A stretch of DNA of 64,000 bases from a virus. Lineage: Duplodnaviria; Caudoviricetes. Location: the IMG/VR virus record IMGVR_UViG_3300037761_000271, positions 1 to 64,000 of that record. One strand, given 5' to 3'. The notes under the pieces are model-generated. The model did not search any database. It saw only the letters and a list, made by a program, of their open reading frames with translations, and had not been told where the DNA came from. Below, in pieces: positions 8,728 to 19,220 of the stretch (positions are counted from its first letter, which is position 1; each line of letters opens with the position of its first letter). The translations under genes were made by a program, and so were the position numbers.

Positions 8728-9689
8728 GCACCAAGACCCGAAAGGACAGCATGGCCGAGGTTACCTGGAACGGCGAGTGGCATCCGTTCGCCGAGCGGTT
8801 CCCGATGCTCAGCGAGCGGGAGCTTCGGGACATGGCCGAGAGCATCAAGGAAACTGGCCAGCTTCACGCCTGCGTGATGAACCCGGACGGGCTCGGACTG
8901 GACGGGCGCAACCGGGTTGCTGCGTGCCGGATCGCCGGGGTGGAGCCGGCGTGGGTGGTGAACGGCGGCAACCCGATGAGCATCATCATCGCCGCGAACG
9001 TCCACCACCGGTTCCTGTCGACCGGGCAGCGCGCGATGGCGGTGGCGGTCGAGTTGGTGGACAAGGGGTTGCGCCAGAAGGGCCGATGGAAGCGTGGAAG
9101 CATACCCGACGCCCCCCCCGATAGTATGGGCTCCCATAATACGTGGCTTCAGGCAGTGTCCAATGCGGGCGTAGTACTGGACTGGTTGCCCGATCTCGCC
9201 GATGAGGTGCTAGGCGGAGATGTCGCACTCGATGCCGCCTTTACCCGTGCGAAGGATAAGCGGGACATCGAAACCGCCAATGCGGAGAAGCTCACCCGCC
9301 TGCCGGACGATCTGGCTGCCTTGGTCGATTCTGGCGTCCGCGACATCGACGGTGCACTGGCCGAGGTCCGCGACCGGGAGACGGTCGCCAGAATCGACAA
9401 GGCCCGCAACGCTGACGGTGCGCCAGCGCCGACCTTCGGGGATCGAGCCGAGGAGGGGTCGATCACCTGGAACGAGGCCGCCACGCTTGCCCGGCAGTGG
9501 CAGGAAGAGCGCACCGAGGCGATCTTTCGGAACCAGGACCGGCTGCGGCAGGTGATCAGCGGCTGGAGTGCTGTCCAGACCGTTGTCGCTAGCCCGGAGA
9601 ACCCGTACGTCCAGGCGATTGTGGACGGCCTCGGCGAGCGTGACCAGGAAGAACTGGACCTAATCATCAAGCAGATCGCGGGGGCGTGA
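8724..9689 (+). CDS. ParB/Srx-like N-terminal domain protein
   Basis: HPFAERFPML...LAESIKETGQL...LDGRNRVAAC...ANVHHRFLSTGQRAM. Confidence 0.8.
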   Translation: MSTKTRKDSMAEVTWNGEWHPFAERFPMLSERELRDMAESIKETGQLHACVMNPDGLGLDGRNRVAACRIAGVEPAWVVNGGNPMSIIIAANVHHRFLSTGQRAMAVAVELVDKGLRQKGRWKRGSIPDAPPDSMGSHNTWLQAVSNAGVVLDWLPDLADEVLGGDVALDAAFTRAKDKRDIETANAEKLTRLPDDLAALVDSGVRDIDGALAEVRDRETVARIDKARNADGAPAPTFGDRAEEGSITWNEAATLARQWQEERTEAIFRNQDRLRQVISGWSAVQTVVASPENPYVQAIVDGLGERDQEELDLIIKQIAGA

Positions 9690-10282
9690 CCATGCATGAC
9701 CCAGACTTCGTGCCGGAGGAGCCCGACGAGGTACAGCCCGACGAGGAGTCGCCAGGCGACAAGGAACTGAACCACCTGATCGACCAGTGGCTCGCGCAGC
9801 TCCGGCCCGAGCGATACGACCCAAACGACAAAGAGTGGATGGACGATGCGGTCCAGCGCGCACGGGACGCGCTGCTGGAACGCAACGACAACGCAGGGGT
9901 GATCGCCGACGCTGCCCGGCGTCGCGTGTACCAACGCGAAGGGCATGCAACGAAGCGCGCGAACAAGCTGCTGCGCAGCATCTACGAGACCGGCCGCCTC
10001 CCGCTCGGATGGGGTGAGGACGGCTGGCAGGTCGTGCTGTTCGATGATCTGCGGCTACCGCTGTCCATCGGCAAGACCAGTCGGGTCCGTATTGGAGCTG
10101 CGGGGCCGGAGGACTTCACTGAGTGGGAACTGGAGAGCGGGCGCGAGCAGGACAAGTGGGTTGAGGCCCGGATGAATGCCCGTCGCGGCGCTCAGCTCGT
10201 TGCCGCGTGGTTGCGCGAGCAGGGCGCGCGGCGTTTTGAAGACCTGCGACCGCCGACTCCCGCTGGGGCGGGAGGCGAGTAG
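9686..10282 (+). CDS. Hypothetical protein coupled to the ParB-like gene
   Basis: 198-aa ORF with GTGA overlap. Confidence 0.7.
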   Translation: MTMHDPDFVPEEPDEVQPDEESPGDKELNHLIDQWLAQLRPERYDPNDKEWMDDAVQRARDALLERNDNAGVIADAARRRVYQREGHATKRANKLLRSIYETGRLPLGWGEDGWQVVLFDDLRLPLSIGKTSRVRIGAAGPEDFTEWELESGREQDKWVEARMNARRGAQLVAAWLREQGARRFEDLRPPTPAGAGGE

Positions 10283-10394
10283 CTGTGCTCCGGACTCTGC
10301 GTGTGTGGATCACGTCGCCGCTGGCCGGGGACCTGCTGGCCGGGGTGTCCCGGGGGGTGCTGCCGGGACTGCTGCTGGCCGCGCTGGTGGCTGG

Positions 10395-11096
10395 GTGGTG
10401 GACGGTGTGACCCCGTACGGTGCGTGGCTGCTGGCCGTTGGTGGCGTGGCGGTGTCCGGCGGCTGGGTGCTGGCGCTGCTGGTGGTGGCACGGATGCTTC
10501 GCCACGGCCGACGCCCGGCCCGTCAACGGCCACGTCCGGCTGCCGCCGGCCGGCGTGGCCCGGTGGCAGCCCCGCGTGTCCGCGCCGACGGGGGCGGGGC
10601 TGCCACCACACTGCTTCCCCTGACGCCCGCCGCGGTGACCCCCGGCGGCGGGCACCGGGCCGGCTGGTCCCAACCCCCCGGGGCTGGCCGGCCCACAGAC
10701 CCCCGGCTTGACGGCGCGATGGGAGCCGCGCCGCGCCGGGTGATGGTGGCCGCCCCGAGTGGGTGTGCCGGGGCGGCCACCCAACCCATGCCGCCAGCGG
10801 AATGGCTTGGATCTTCCGACTATCGCCGTTCCGATGTCGCAAGCGGTACCGCCGGGCTGGCGGAATCCGGGGCCGGAGACGACCCGAACGCCTGCGGAGC
10901 TGGTGTAAGACCCTCCCCGAACCTTGGTTCGGGGGCGGCGGTCGGCGTTGAAACAGGAATCCGTATCCGCGAGGTGCGGGAATCCCCCGGATTCATCCGT
11001 GGGGAGGAAGTCAACGGGCATCGAGCTCGGGGAAGTCAAATCGGAGCCCACCAGATGTGGACGCGCCCCGCCGCAGGTGGTGCGGCAGGGCGCTAG
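10395..11096 (+). CDS. Membrane-anchored hypothetical protein reading through an IS remnant
   Basis: N-terminal TM segment; C-terminal part translates tnpB-like tail and right end. Confidence 0.35.
   Translation: MVDGVTPYGAWLLAVGGVAVSGGWVLALLVVARMLRHGRRPARQRPRPAAAGRRGPVAAPRVRADGGGAATTLLPLTPAAVTPGGGHRAGWSQPPGAGRPTDPRLDGAMGAAPRRVMVAAPSGCAGAATQPMPPAEWLGSSDYRRSDVASGTAGLAESGAGDDPNACGAGVRPSPNLGSGAAVGVETGIRIREVRESPGFIRGEEVNGHRARGSQIGAHQMWTRPAAGGAAGR
10845..11014 (+). mobile_element. IS200/IS605 remnant: tnpB 3' tail, omegaRNA and right end, no tnpB gene
   Basis: TAGLAES...NACGAGVRP tail; right end GGAATCCCCCGGATTCATCCGTGGGGAGGAAGTCAA. Confidence 0.75.
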
Positions 11097-11127
11097 GGAT
11101 CACCAACGTCGAAAGGAGCTGATCCCC

Positions 11128-11292
11128 GTGAGAGAGGTTAACCGATCCGGGACGGTGTATGCGTCCCGGGCGGCCGGCCGGGCGTTGACCCGCCGCCGGT
11201 TCAGCACGCTGGGCACCGCGGTGCTGGTGGTGCTGTTCGCCGCTGCGATCGTGGCGGTGGCGTGGCCGCCGGCGGTGGGGTGGCTGCGGTGA
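11128..11292 (+). CDS. Small membrane protein
   Basis: GAAAGGAG RBS; C-terminal TM segment. Confidence 0.6.
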   Translation: MREVNRSGTVYASRAAGRALTRRRFSTLGTAVLVVLFAAAIVAVAWPPAVGWLR

Positions 11293-11801
11293 GCGGGCCC
11301 CGGCGGCAGCAAGACCAGCGGAAGGGTCTCGATCTTCCGACCGACTGGCCACCGGAGCGGACCCCGGCACCGGCCTGGGAGCCCCGGCCGGTGCAGCCGG
11401 ACCCGCCGCCGGACCCGCCGCCGGACCCGCCGCCGGACCCGGACGACAGCCCCCGGCCGATGGTGCCGGACTCGTTCGCCGCCTGGTTCAAGCGGTACGG
11501 GGGTCCGATGAGCACTATCGCTGAGCGGGTAGCAGCGGGCATGACCTGGCTGGACGAGCACGAACCCGGCTGGCGCCAGCGGATCGACCGTGACCGACTC
11601 GACCTCCAAAACTGCACCCGGTGCATCGGCGGGCAGCTAGCCGGGGTGTACGCAGCCTTTCTGCGCCGGCATGGCCTGAGCTTCAGCGATGCGTTCTTGC
11701 TGGGGTTCAACCTGGGGATGGGCGGCGACTACGACCAGCTCACCGCCACGTGGCGGCGGCTGATCGCCACCGGCCGCGCCACCTCGGGCGGTGCGCCGTG
11801 A
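11289..11801 (+). CDS. Hypothetical protein with PDPP repeats
   Basis: Coupled GTG start; phage-like MSTIAERVAAGMTWLDEHEPGW segment. Confidence 0.6.
   Translation: MSGPRRQQDQRKGLDLPTDWPPERTPAPAWEPRPVQPDPPPDPPPDPPPDPDDSPRPMVPDSFAAWFKRYGGPMSTIAERVAAGMTWLDEHEPGWRQRIDRDRLDLQNCTRCIGGQLAGVYAAFLRRHGLSFSDAFLLGFNLGMGGDYDQLTATWRRLIATGRATSGGAP
11397..11441 (+). repeat. 12-bp tandem repeat CCGGACCCGCCG, about 3.75 copies
   Basis: Read directly; encodes PDPP. Confidence 0.9.
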
Positions 11802-12252
11802 GCCGCCGGTGGCCGGATGCGGACCTGGGCGGTGTCGCCCGGGCCGTCGGCTGGCGGCAGGTCAACCGGAACCCGCTGGACGACAAGACACGGTGGATGG
11901 GCTACCTGGCCGACCAGGCGCTGGCGCGCAGCCAGGCTGTGGCCGCGCGGGTGGCCGAACTGGGTGAGGGGGGTGATCGCCGTGGCCGTGGGTGACCGGG
12001 ACCTGGCACACACCGCCCTGGCGGGGGCGCTGCTGACCCCGGCCGGGTGGGACGGGCAGACGCTGCGGGTGTCCACCGCCAACCCGGCCACCGCCCGGGC
12101 GCTGCTACAGCGGCTCGACAGTGATGTGGAGACGCCAGGCGACGACGGGGGTCGGCGGGAGTGGGTGGGTCGGCTGCCGTGCGGGCTACCGCTGGTCGTG
12201 TCCACCCCGACGGACCTGCCACCACCCCGGCTCCCGGCGGGAGGTGACAGCG

Positions 12253-12948
12253 ATGGCGCCTGAGACCGACCGGATGCTGCTACCGACCGAGGTGGCCGCC
12301 TGGCTGCGCATCCAGGACTTCCTGCCCGTGCTCCGTACGTCCGAGTCCTTTCCGTTGAGGGTCTTCTCGTACGTGGAGGTCACCGTCGGTTGCTGGCTCT
12401 GGCGGGGAACCCTTGACGGCGCGGGCTATGGCGTCATCGGACGAGGACGACGCGGGTCGGGCAACATGCCCGCACATCGGGCGGTGTGGGAGCTGCTGGT
12501 AGGGCCGATCCCTGACGGCATGGAGTACGACCATCTGTGCAGGATTCACGCGTGCGTGAACCCGGATGACGCCGAGATAGTCACGCCCGAGGAGAACAAG
12601 CGCCGTGGCTACGGCATTGCCCGATTGCACGCCATGCGTACGCACTGCCCAGACGGTCACCCGTTTGACGGCGTGCTGGGTCGCCGGGGCGGGAAGCAGC
12701 GACGCCGTTACTGCAAAACCTGCGCCAGGCAACGCCAGGCGATGAGGTACATACCGCACCCGCGAGACCCGGCGACCCATTGCCAACGCGGGCATCCGTT
12801 CACGCCTGAGAACTCATACACCCCTCCCGGCGGGTCGCGGGAGTGCCGTGCCTGCAAGGCAGATCGCCAACGAGCGGCGCGTGCGGAACAGCGGCGAGCA
12901 CGTCGTCTTGTGCTTGCCGACGGAAGAGTGGGGGACCTGCATGGCTAG
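12253..12948 (+). CDS. HNH homing endonuclease
   Basis: CWLWRG...AHRAVWELLVGPIPDGMEYDHLCRIHACVNPD; two THCxxGHPF modules. Confidence 0.9.
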   Translation: MAPETDRMLLPTEVAAWLRIQDFLPVLRTSESFPLRVFSYVEVTVGCWLWRGTLDGAGYGVIGRGRRGSGNMPAHRAVWELLVGPIPDGMEYDHLCRIHACVNPDDAEIVTPEENKRRGYGIARLHAMRTHCPDGHPFDGVLGRRGGKQRRRYCKTCARQRQAMRYIPHPRDPATHCQRGHPFTPENSYTPPGGSRECRACKADRQRAARAEQRRARRLVLADGRVGDLHG

Positions 12949-13165
12949 CGAGGGACGGGCTCTGGCCGATGATCTCCTGGACGGTCGGGAGCGGCTGCTG
13001 ACACCGGGACAACTCGCCGCCCTTTTTGGCGTCGATCCGAAAACTGTGACCCGCTGGGTGGCGGCAGGCCGCATCGGCAGCCTGAAAACCCCGGGTGGCC
13101 ACCACCGGTTCCGCGAGTCCGAGGTGTACATGCTGCTGGAAGGCGGTGTGAGCGATGCCGGCTGA
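12941..13165 (+). CDS. BldC-like / excisionase-type MerR HTH protein
   Basis: LLTPGQLAALFGVDPKTVTRWVAAGRIGSLKTPGGHHRFRESEV closely resembles BldC. Confidence 0.85.
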   Translation: MASEGRALADDLLDGRERLLTPGQLAALFGVDPKTVTRWVAAGRIGSLKTPGGHHRFRESEVYMLLEGGVSDAG

Positions 13166-14317
13166 GACCGCGAGCGGCCTGCGGTGGGCGGAGAGGCCCG
13201 TGGCCACCTACGTGTACGACCCGGCCCACGGGCGGCGGTGTGTCGCGTATGCCCGCCGCCGGCCCTCCGACCTGGTTTGGGAGGTCAAGCAGTGCGGCCC
13301 GGGCCGCACCGTGTTCGAGTTACCGGACCGGGAAGCCGCGCATGTGAAGCTGCGGGAGCTGGTCGGGCTGCCGCCCGGTGGTGGGTCATGACCGCCCGGG
13401 TAGGTCCGCTGCGGTTGTGCGAGTGCGGGGAGTGGACCTACGCCCCCGTTTGCGGCCCGTGCCGCCGCCCGGCCTGCCGCCGGTGCATGCTCCCCGCCGG
13501 ATCTCCGGAGTGCTGCACGGCGGCCACGCTGGCCGGCCTGGTGCGCACCCGGCAGTGCGGCCACCGAGTCGAGCAGCGGTGCGGATGCGACCGGTGGCGG
13601 CCCGATGTGGGACAGCGTGCCGGCTACCGAGACGGGGTGCGGGTGTTCATCCCCGTCATCGTGCCGGAGCTGGTCGTCGGCACCGCCACCTACGGCGGGA
13701 GGTGGCGGTCGTGAAGCTTCACGTTCCCCACCCGCGCCGGGCTGCTGAGCAGCGCCGCCTGGTCCGGCAGCAGCGGGCCGCCCGGGTGCGTCGCGCGGTG
13801 CGGCAGGCGCACCTGGCCGACCGGACCGCGGTCTACGACTGGGAGGCGGAGCTGGAGATGCGCAGGCGGGGGCGGTCGCGGTGAGCCCGGTGGAGCGGCA
13901 GGTGGCCCGGGAGCTGGTGGTGCTGCGGTGCGAGCTGCGGCACGGACGCCGGCGGCGGGTGGGACGGCTGCGGGTGGCGATGGCTGCCCGGCTGAGGGCA
14001 ATCCCCGCGCGGGGGAGGTGGGTGCGGTGACTCGGGAGGAGCTGTTGGCCCGACACCCTGCACCGCTGGTGCGCTGCCCTGCCGACCTGGACCCGATGGA
14101 GCGGCTCGGTGCCGAGTGCGTCGAGTGGGGAGCGACAGTGCACCTGCGGGTGTCGCGGTGGCCGGAGCCCGGGTGGGTGGGGGCGTGCGGGGTGCTGCTG
14201 GCCGAGTTTCCGGTGGCGGTGGGGGATGTGCCGGCGCGGGGCAGTGCGCTGTGCCACCGGTGCTGGCCTGATGTGACTTCCGCCGGCATGGTGCCGGCGG
14301 GTGAGCTGACCGAGTAG
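13155..14317 (+). CDS. Run of small coupled hypothetical genes (13155-13391, 13388-13714, 13711-13884, 14027-14317)
   Basis: Overlapping start/stop codons; Cys-rich members. Confidence 0.55.
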
Positions 14318-14434
14318 GCCTGGCCGCCAGCTACGGGGGTGTTGGCGGCCGGGGCCGAGCGGCCGGACCGAGCAGAAAGGGACACGACGGTGTGGAAGAC
14401 GGCGATGCCGGGGAGCCCGGCAGGCGGCCCGGTC

Positions 14435-14611
14435 ATGGGCTGGCGGCGGTCGAGGGGATGCGACTCCAACGCCTGCGTGGAGGCGTCGGCTGGTAGCCGG
14501 ACGGTGATGCTGCGGGACTCGACCCAGCCGTTCGGCGGGGTGCTGGTGATCGCCCATGCTGGCTGGCGGCAGCTGCTGGCCGGGATCCGGGCGGGCAGGT
14601 GGGACCGGTGA
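14435..14611 (+). CDS. DUF397 domain protein
   Basis: WRRSRGCDSNACVEAS...VMLRDSTQPFGGVL...W. Confidence 0.85.
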   Translation: MGWRRSRGCDSNACVEASAGSRTVMLRDSTQPFGGVLVIAHAGWRQLLAGIRAGRWDR

Positions 14612-17600
14612 CCGCCTGGCAGGTCGTGGCCGTGCTGTACGCGGCGGCGCTGACGCTGGCTGCGGTGGCGGGGTTTGTGGGCGGGTTGCTGGAAGGGCGC
14701 CGTGCCACCGGCCTCAGCCGCGCCGAGCGGCGAGCGGACAGGGCGCGGGTGCGTGCGGAGGTGGCCGACTGGCTGGCCTTCGAGGGCATCACCGCTGCGA
14801 TGCCGGAGGTGGCCGAGCGGGGCCGGCGGATCGTCGCCGCCGGCCCGCAGATGATCCCACATCAGCGACAGGACGAGGAGGAGTGACGTGGTGCCGTGGT
14901 GGTATCTGGCCGCTGCTGTGCTGGCGGTGATGGGTGTGTCGCTGGTCGTGGGGTGGTTGTCCGGCCGTGGTCCGAGCCGCGTCGACCGGATGCTGCTGAA
15001 AGACGTGGAGGCCAGGTTGGGCCGGCTGGAGGGTCGGGACCACGCCCGGGTGGCGGGAGTCCAGGGCCGGGTGCGGGTGGCGCAAGAGACCGCACCGGCG
15101 GCGACCCGGGCGCTTCCGGTGGTGGAGGTGGCCGGATCGGACCTGCCGCCCCGTGGGGTATCCGACGTGACCGTCGTGCCGCCCCGCTTGCCGGCGCTGA
15201 CCGCGGAGGCTGCGGAAGAGGTGAACCGGGAAACCCGGGAGCTGCTGGCCACAGTCTGGGGCGACACGGTGTCGACACTGCCCGTGGTGGACCTGTCCGA
15301 CGTGGAGCCGGCCCCGGAGGTCGAGCCGGGAGACGACCTGGACCCGCCGCAGCGGCCAGACCGTAGTGGAGGCGGCCCGCCGCCGGACCCGCAGGGTGAG
15401 AGCCAGGACCCGCAGGTGGTGTCGCGTTACTCGTGGCCGGGCACCCCGCGCGGTCTGCCCGCCGGGTACGCGGTGCTGCCTCCGGCCCAGGTGCCGGCCG
15501 TCCAGGTCGGCCGGCCGTGGTGGAGCCGGCTTCGGGAGGAGGTGGCGGCCTGGTGGGAGTCGGCCCGGCCGGACACGTCGGCGTGCTGGGCCGCCGGGGA
15601 TCTGGACGGTGATGACGAGGACCGGCGGTGCCCGTGCGCCGGCCGGCACTGCCCGGGTTGTGAGGAGCCGGCCCGGGTGATGGCGGTGCGGGGTCCTCAC
15701 ACGGCGCGGCATGACTGGGAGGAGGTGCCGCCGTCGATGCGCCGGCTGGCCGAGATGCTGCCGGTGACGCTGCGGTGCACGGTGGTCGCCCGGGCGGTGT
15801 CCCCACCCGGCTGGCGGCCCAGGCCGACCAGCCGGGCCGGGCTGGAGATGTGGGCTGACAGGGTGGCGCGCCGCAACGGCCGGCTGCCGCTGCTGGCCCC
15901 GTGTGGCCCGGTCGGGGTTCTCCCGTGAGCCGCTGGGGGTGGATGTCCGGCTGGGCCGACCGGGCCGCCGGGCGGGCTGACCGGCTCGCCAGGGCCAGGC
16001 AGCGGGCGACCGCCGCCGAAGCCCGAGTGGACCGTCTCACTGGCCATCTGGTGGAGACCCGCGCCGCCGCCCGGGCAGCCGGTAAGGCCAGAGATGCGGC
16101 GCAGGCCCGGGCCGCCGCGGCGCAGACCGCCGCCGAGCACGTCGGCCGGCAGGCCAGCGACGCGCAGGCACGGCTGCGGCGGATCGCCGACGTGCTCGCC
16201 GACCAGCGGCTGGCCACGGTGGACTGCCCGGCGTGTAACCGGGCGCGGCAGGTGCTGATGGAAGACGCCGCCGGTCATCCGGTGCCTGAGCGGCGGGAGG
16301 TTGACGGTGGCAGCTGAGGTGTGGGCTGCGGTGGCCGTGTCCGGGCTGGTGGCCGGTGTGGTCTTGCTGGCGGTCGGGCTGGGGGCAATCTGGGTGCACC
16401 GCCACCAGCCGGATGCGGGCGAACCGCCGTTGATCATCGCCGATCAGACGGTGGAGCTGCCGGTGGTGCGGTACCGGGGGCGGCGGCGGCGACCCGGTGT
16501 CTGGGTCAGGCACGCCACCCCGCGGCGGGAGAGGAGCCGGCGTGGCTGAGGCGCAGGAGTTCGAGACCCGCGACCAGGTTGTGACCCGGCTCGCCGGGGT
16601 GGTCGCCGACGCGATGCGCATGGCCCGGCCGGGGCGGCTGGAGCACGAGGCGGCAGCCGGGGTGCTGGTGGCCCTGGCTGGTGGGCAGCCGCCGCCGGAA
16701 GGGTTGGACGCCCGGCCGGTGCTGCGGTGGACAGTGCACTGTTCACACTGCGGCGGCCCGTACCGGGAGCCGGAGTACGACCAGGTCGCCGTCTGGCCAA
16801 CACACTGCCTGCCGACCCTCGCCGACTTCGGGCTGGGCGATCAGGACTGGCGGGTCAACGAGTTCCCCGGGATGCCGGTGGTGTGCCCGGCCTGCGCCTG
16901 TGTCGCCTGGTGTGAGAAGTGCCGGGAGCAGATCCGGGTCTGGGAGCCCCACTGGTCGGAGCTGTCGGCCTTCTACCACACCCGGTGCGTGTCCGAACCC
17001 GACTCGGTGGAGGTGGACCGTGGCTGAGGTCTACACGGACATGGTGATCGCCTGCGTGGACCTGGTGGGCCGGGCCGGGGCGAAGGAGTCGGAGATCGGG
17101 TGGGACTGCCCGCATGTCCCGGACGTGTCCGATGACCACAACTGCGCGCAGGTGGCTTGGCACGCCACAGCAACCTACCGGGGTGCGCGGATCATGGTGG
17201 ATCGGCACCGGTCTCCGTCGGCTGCGGCGTTGGCGCTGGCGGAGCGGCTGCTGTCCGGTGCGACGTGCCGCTGCCGGCGGCCGGTGTCCCTGTCCGATCA
17301 GCGGGACGGCTGCCGGTGGCGGCTGGTGGGGCAGCGCTGGGAGCCGGGCTGTAGCGCCCCGCCGATCACCGTCGCCGATGGGGAGCGCGGGGACATGGCC
17401 GCGATGCAGGCCGCGTTGCACCGGCCGGCGAACCGGGCCGAACGGCGCGCGGAGGAACGGGCAGCGCGGAGGCGGGGTGGCTCCGATGGGTGAGCGGTAC
17501 ACCCTGACCCAGGCTGATGTGGAGGGCTGCCGGAAGATCCTGGCCCGGCTGGAGGAGCTGGACGCGCTGACCGGCGGGTACCGAGTCGGCTCTGTCCAGG

Positions 17601-17890
17601 GGCACACGGGCTCGGCTACGGCGACAGTGCACTACGCCAGCAGGCCCGGGCCGCAGGTCACCGCAGAGGCGATCAGCCACGCCCTGGAGTCGGTGGCGAC
17701 GCTCGGCCAACTGTGCAAGAAGGTGATCGCCCACTACGAGACCAACATGGTCCACGGCTGGGGCGAGTGTGCGGGCTGCGGCTGGGTGTGGCCGCTGACC
17801 GCGGACGGGACGGTGCGCGAGCACGACACCGCCGACGGGGGATGTTTCGGCGCCGGGGAGTACCCGCGCCGGGAGGTGAACCATGGCTGA
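14608..17890 (+). CDS. Coupled hypothetical genes (14608-14886, 14888-15928, 15925-16317, 16301-16549, 16542-17027, 17020-17493, 17486-17890)
   Basis: Continuous overlapping ORFs with RBSs; several have N-terminal TM segments or CxxC motifs. Confidence 0.6.
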
Positions 17891-18395
17891 GCTGGTGGAG
17901 GAGCTGCCCATCGAGATCGAGCAGCCGAACGGCCTCGCCGAGCACGACATGCTCGGGCTGCTCGAAGCCCGCTACAGCGCGGTCAACCCGGGCAACGGCC
18001 CCCGGTACGTGTGCGCCCGGCACGTCCGGTCACATGCCGGCTTCTCCGCCCGCCGCACCGCCGACTTCGTAGCCCTGGATACCTGGGAGAGCAAGCTGGC
18101 GCTGCACGGCCACGAGGTGAAGGTGTCCCGCTCCGACTGGCTGGCCGAGCTGAAGCAGCCGGAGAAGGCGGCTGAGTTTATCCCGTGGATGCACTACTGG
18201 TGGCTGGTTGTCAGCTACCGCAGCATCGTCCGCGACAGCGAGCTGCCGGACGGGTGGGGGCTGATGGTGCCACGCGGCGGCGGGCTTGTCGTAGTCCGCC
18301 CGGCCCGGCGGAACCACCAGGTCCGGCCGCTGCCGCTGACTCGGCTGGCGGCGTTCGCGCGGGCCGTCGTCCGGGGTGGTGGTTCCGGTGGCTGA
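17883..18395 (+). CDS. MmcB-like PD-(D/E)xK nuclease
   Basis: RTADFVALD...GHEVKVSRSDWLAELKQPEK...YWWLV. Confidence 0.75.
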   Translation: MAELVEELPIEIEQPNGLAEHDMLGLLEARYSAVNPGNGPRYVCARHVRSHAGFSARRTADFVALDTWESKLALHGHEVKVSRSDWLAELKQPEKAAEFIPWMHYWWLVVSYRSIVRDSELPDGWGLMVPRGGGLVVVRPARRNHQVRPLPLTRLAAFARAVVRGGGSGG

Positions 18396-18796
18396 GCGGG
18401 CCCACGCTGAGGATCTGGTGGTGGAGCTGGCAACGATGCTGGCCGCGATCGAGGCCAACTGGCAGGCGGAGGGTTCCGGCCCGGGTTCCCGGTTCGCCGG
18501 CCAGCGGCTGGAAGTGGTGCAGGCCAGGGCTGTAGTGCGGCGGGTCCGTGAGGCGGTGGCCGCGGACATCGCAGCCCACGCGGCCCGGCACGCCCCGGCC
18601 GGTGGGTCCGGTGGTGTGCGCCTGGGGTGCCCACCCGGGCACCGCCGACCGTGCCCGGCGGGTGCTGGGGCTGCTGCACAACCGGCAGATCCGGCCGCTG
18701 TGCCTGGGCGCCACCCGGGGCGGGCACCCGCGGCACCCGCTGTACGTGCCCAACGCCACAGCCGCCGTCGACTTCGAGGGGATCCCGGATGCCTGA
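18388..18796 (+). pseudogene. Frameshifted gene with DUF1643-like C-terminus
   Basis: VVCAWGAH...LCLGATRGGHPRHPLYV lies in a shifted frame after about 18607. Confidence 0.6.
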
Positions 18797-19220
18797 CACC
18801 ACCGCCACGTTCGCCGCTGTCGCTGTCACCCTGTACGCCGGTCACCAGCTAGCGGACCACGTGCTCGGGCAGACCGACCGGCAGGCACGGGACAAGACGC
18901 TGCCGGGCTGGCCCGGCTGGCGGGCGTGCCTTGAGCACGTCGCCCAGTACCACCTGGTGCTGACGGTGATGCTCGGCGTCGTGTGGATGGTGCTGGACCT
19001 GCCGCTGTCGCCGCTCGGGATGCTGGCCGGGTTGTGGTGGTCCGGGATCACGCACGCCATCCTGGACCGGCGATGGCCGGTGCAGTGGATCTCCCGGCAC
19101 ACCGGCAGCCCGGAGTTCGTCAAGCCTGGGCACCCGCTGCCGGGGGCGTACTTGGTTGATCAAGCCACGCACCTTGGCTGTCTATGGATCTCATCCCTAT
19201 TGGTGGTGCTGCTCTCATGA
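18789..19220 (+). CDS. DUF3307 membrane protein
   Basis: GHQLADHVLGQTD...HVAQYH...THAILDRRWPV...DQATH. Confidence 0.85.
   Translation: MPDTTATFAAVAVTLYAGHQLADHVLGQTDRQARDKTLPGWPGWRACLEHVAQYHLVLTVMLGVVWMVLDLPLSPLGMLAGLWWSGITHAILDRRWPVQWISRHTGSPEFVKPGHPLPGAYLVDQATHLGCLWISSLLVVLLS

Noticed and set aside
11397-11441. 12-bp tandem repeat as a regulatory or guide array
   Set aside because: In frame and invariant; explained as a PDPP linker.
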